A DNA stretch of 52,679 bases from Basidioascus undulatus (lineage: Eukaryota), in the NCBI GenBank assembly GCA_000826855.1, contig JTLS01000012.1, positions 1 through 52,679 on the forward strand, in the 5' to 3' direction. Of the stretch, positions 50,604 to 52,679 are shown in pieces. The translations under genes were made by a program, and so were the position numbers. Below the pieces are notes generated by a model, which did not search any database, had not been told where the DNA came from, and saw nothing but the letters and a program-made list of their open reading frames with translations. Numbering within the stretch: position 1 is the stretch's first letter; every line of letters starts with the position of its first letter.

Positions 50604-52679
50604 ATGAACGAATCCTCAGCGCCCAGCGCCTCCCTCCCCACTCCTCCCCCCCTCCCCTTCCCGCCACATCGCATTCACACCTCTTCCCCCTTCCCCCTCT
50701 CCCCCTACCCCCCCTTTCCCTTCCTGTTTTCTCCCTTCCTCCCTTCCTCCCTTCTCCCTTCCCCCTCCTCCCATTCCTCCGCCCGCCCGCCCACCGCACA
50801 CCCATCAGAGATCGACTCCATCCTCCGCCTCGCGTTAATCCAAAGCATCACCACCACACTCTCCTCGCCTGCCGTCTCCTTCCCACTCCCCGCATCGACC
50901 GTCCTCTCCGCGCACGTCCTCCCCGCGCGCTCGGCGCGCGCGCCGCCCCAAGGGGCCGACATCCGGGGGAGCTCGTGGAAGAAGGCAAGCAAGTTCTTTA
51001 AGGTGCGTTTGTAACCTCCAGTGCTGCCTTCCTTGTCTTCCTTCTTCGGTTCCTTCCTTCTTGGTTGTTGGGGAAGAAGGGAGGGAAGAGATAAGGGAGA
51101 GGAAAGGAAGCTGATGTGTGGTGCGGATGTTGGGGGAGGGTAGGCGATGGACAAAGAAGGCCTGATCAAGGTCAAGGAGCACAAGGGGGACGTGTCCGTC
51201 ATGTCGATCAACAAGGACCATCCTGTGCGTCCTTCCTCCTCCCTCACCTTCCTCCCTCACTGTTCTCCCTCCCGCACTCAAAAACGCAACCCACGCGTAG
51301 GCCGTCAAAGCCTGGAAAGGCCACAAGACGCTCGCGGCAGCCGAGAAGCAGGTGTGTCCCTCTCTCCCCTCTCCCTCCCCTCTTTCCCTCCCTCCCTTCT
51401 CCTTCCTTCCCCTCCGCCTCCTCTCCCTTCCTCCCCTCCGTTTCTTCCCCTCCGTTTCCTCCCCTGCCCCCCTCCCCCCTCTCCCCAGGCAGAAAAGCTC
51501 CGCGCCCGCGAAGCCGCCGAGTCCGCCTCTTCCGGCGCAGACGGCGAAGGGGCAGCCGCGGGTGGGGGTGCAGGGCAGGGGCAGCAGATTGTAGTGGAGG
51601 AGGTGTGGAAGCCTGTGGGTGGGCCGACGATTGAGTGGTTTGCTGGGCTGGCTGATGCTAGGCCGTTCGTCTTTGCCCCTCTTCCGCCCGCTCTCCTCCC
51701 TCGCCCCTCCACTTTCCCTCCCGACGACTAACGGAGCTGAATCAAACATGGTCGGCCAGGCGTGACCACCTCTACCCCCCCACCGAGCTCCGCTCCCTGC
51801 TCAACACCTACATCACCACATACAACCTCGCGCACCCGCACGAGCCGTCCTACATCGTCATCGACGCGCCCCTGCGGACGGTCTTGCTGAAGAAGGGCGA
51901 GGACGCGCAGCACGTGCGGCGGGACGAGCTGGTGGGGAGGTTGACGGCGCACATGCAGGCGTGGACGAGCGTGCGCTCGCCCGGAGGAGAGAGGGTGGTT
52001 CTGCCAAGGTGCTCTTTGTCTCCTCCTTTTCCCATTCTTCCCTTCTTCTTTCACCACCATGTTGACGGGTGATCTTCCTCCCAGCCAGCAAGTACCCCCT
52101 CTCGCGCCTCACGCCCTCCTGCCCAACCTGCCACCTCCCCCTCTGCATCCAGCAACACCCGCTCCTGCCCTGCCCATCTTGCGGCGCGACACTCCTCACC
52201 CCCTCCCAGCTGACCGCCCACCTCTCCACCCTCCGCAAAGAGCGCGACGCGCTTCTCGCGCGCGAAACAGCCGCGCGCGAGGTAGCGCGGCAAGCCGCGG
52301 AGGAGGCCGCCCGGCTCGAAGCCGCCAACCGGGGCGCATTCCCGGCGCTTGTTTCCTCTGCGAATCAGAGGGGCAGCGCGGTCACTTCCTGCGGAGCGGC
52401 GCAGCAGCAGAGGGTCTTGAGCCTCAACATGAAGACGAAGCAAGTGCGCGTCCAAACGCAGACGCGCACTTCCCGCCCTGCCACCCCGTCAGCATCGACC
52501 TCCCGCACGTCCAGCCCGCCGTCCCTGCCGGTCGTCCCACCCCCTCCTGCTCCTACACAACGGGATGCGAGCGAGAGGAAGGGGCGGCCGTGGGTGGACT
52601 TGGGGGAGGAGAATAGACCGGTTTACATTGCTGAGGAGAGGGGAGAGGAGGGTGGGGGGGAGGGGGGGGTAGGTGGGGG
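50604..52679 (+). CDS. Chimeric ORF: eIF2D/Tma64-like central region joined to a Rqt4/TRIP4-like C2HC5 zinc-finger region; runs off the window end
   Basis: SEIDSILRLALIQ..FPLPAS..SAHVLPAR..DIRGSSWKKASKFFKAMDKEGLIKVKE.KGD, IVVEEVWKP, ELRSLLNTYI and RRDELVGRL resemble the eIF2D middle. After about 51995 the sequence gives FCQ-ASKYPLSRLTPSCPTCHLPLC..PCPSCG..GAFPAL..RVLSLN..RPW, resembling Rqt4-like proteins. No PUA or SUI1 domain is seen. Start codon is uncertain. Confidence 0.6.

Noticed and set aside
50835..51749. 304-aa minus-strand ORF
   Set aside because: Antisense reading of CT-rich introns of the plus-strand eIF2D-like gene, giving G/R/E low complexity.

Overview
Eukaryotic, intron-rich fungal DNA. 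High-GC3 exons, many 50-150 nt introns with GTGCGT/GTCCGT/GTGAG donors and GCTGAC-type branch points suggest a basidiomycete, probably Pucciniomycotina/Microbotryomycetes-like (taxon is inference). The unspliced ORF track therefore only catches exon fragments. Genes that splice cleanly where traced: DNA topoisomerase II, a two-RRM RNA-binding protein, an intron-containing tRNA-His(GUG), a divergent aldehyde dehydrogenase / choline-oxidase-type GMC oxidase pair, an ACS-family MFS permease, a C2-domain/proline-rich Inn1/Fic1-like protein, nicotinate phosphoribosyltransferase, a small I78-type protease-inhibitor-like gene, and uracil phosphoribosyltransferase. Between them lie many accessory genes with frameshifts, stops or broken splice sites: a viperin (RSAD2)-like radical SAM gene, an RNase H, several F-box-like genes, a secreted protein, an HSL-type hydrolase, an MDR reductase and an epoxide hydrolase. 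The window ends in an apparent chimera joining the middle of eIF2D/Tma64 to a Rqt4/TRIP4-like C2HC5 zinc-finger region. Best leads: the decayed viperin, the choline-to-glycine-betaine pair with split organelle-targeting signals, and the eIF2D-zinc-finger chimera. Gene models were traced by eye, and no database searches were run.
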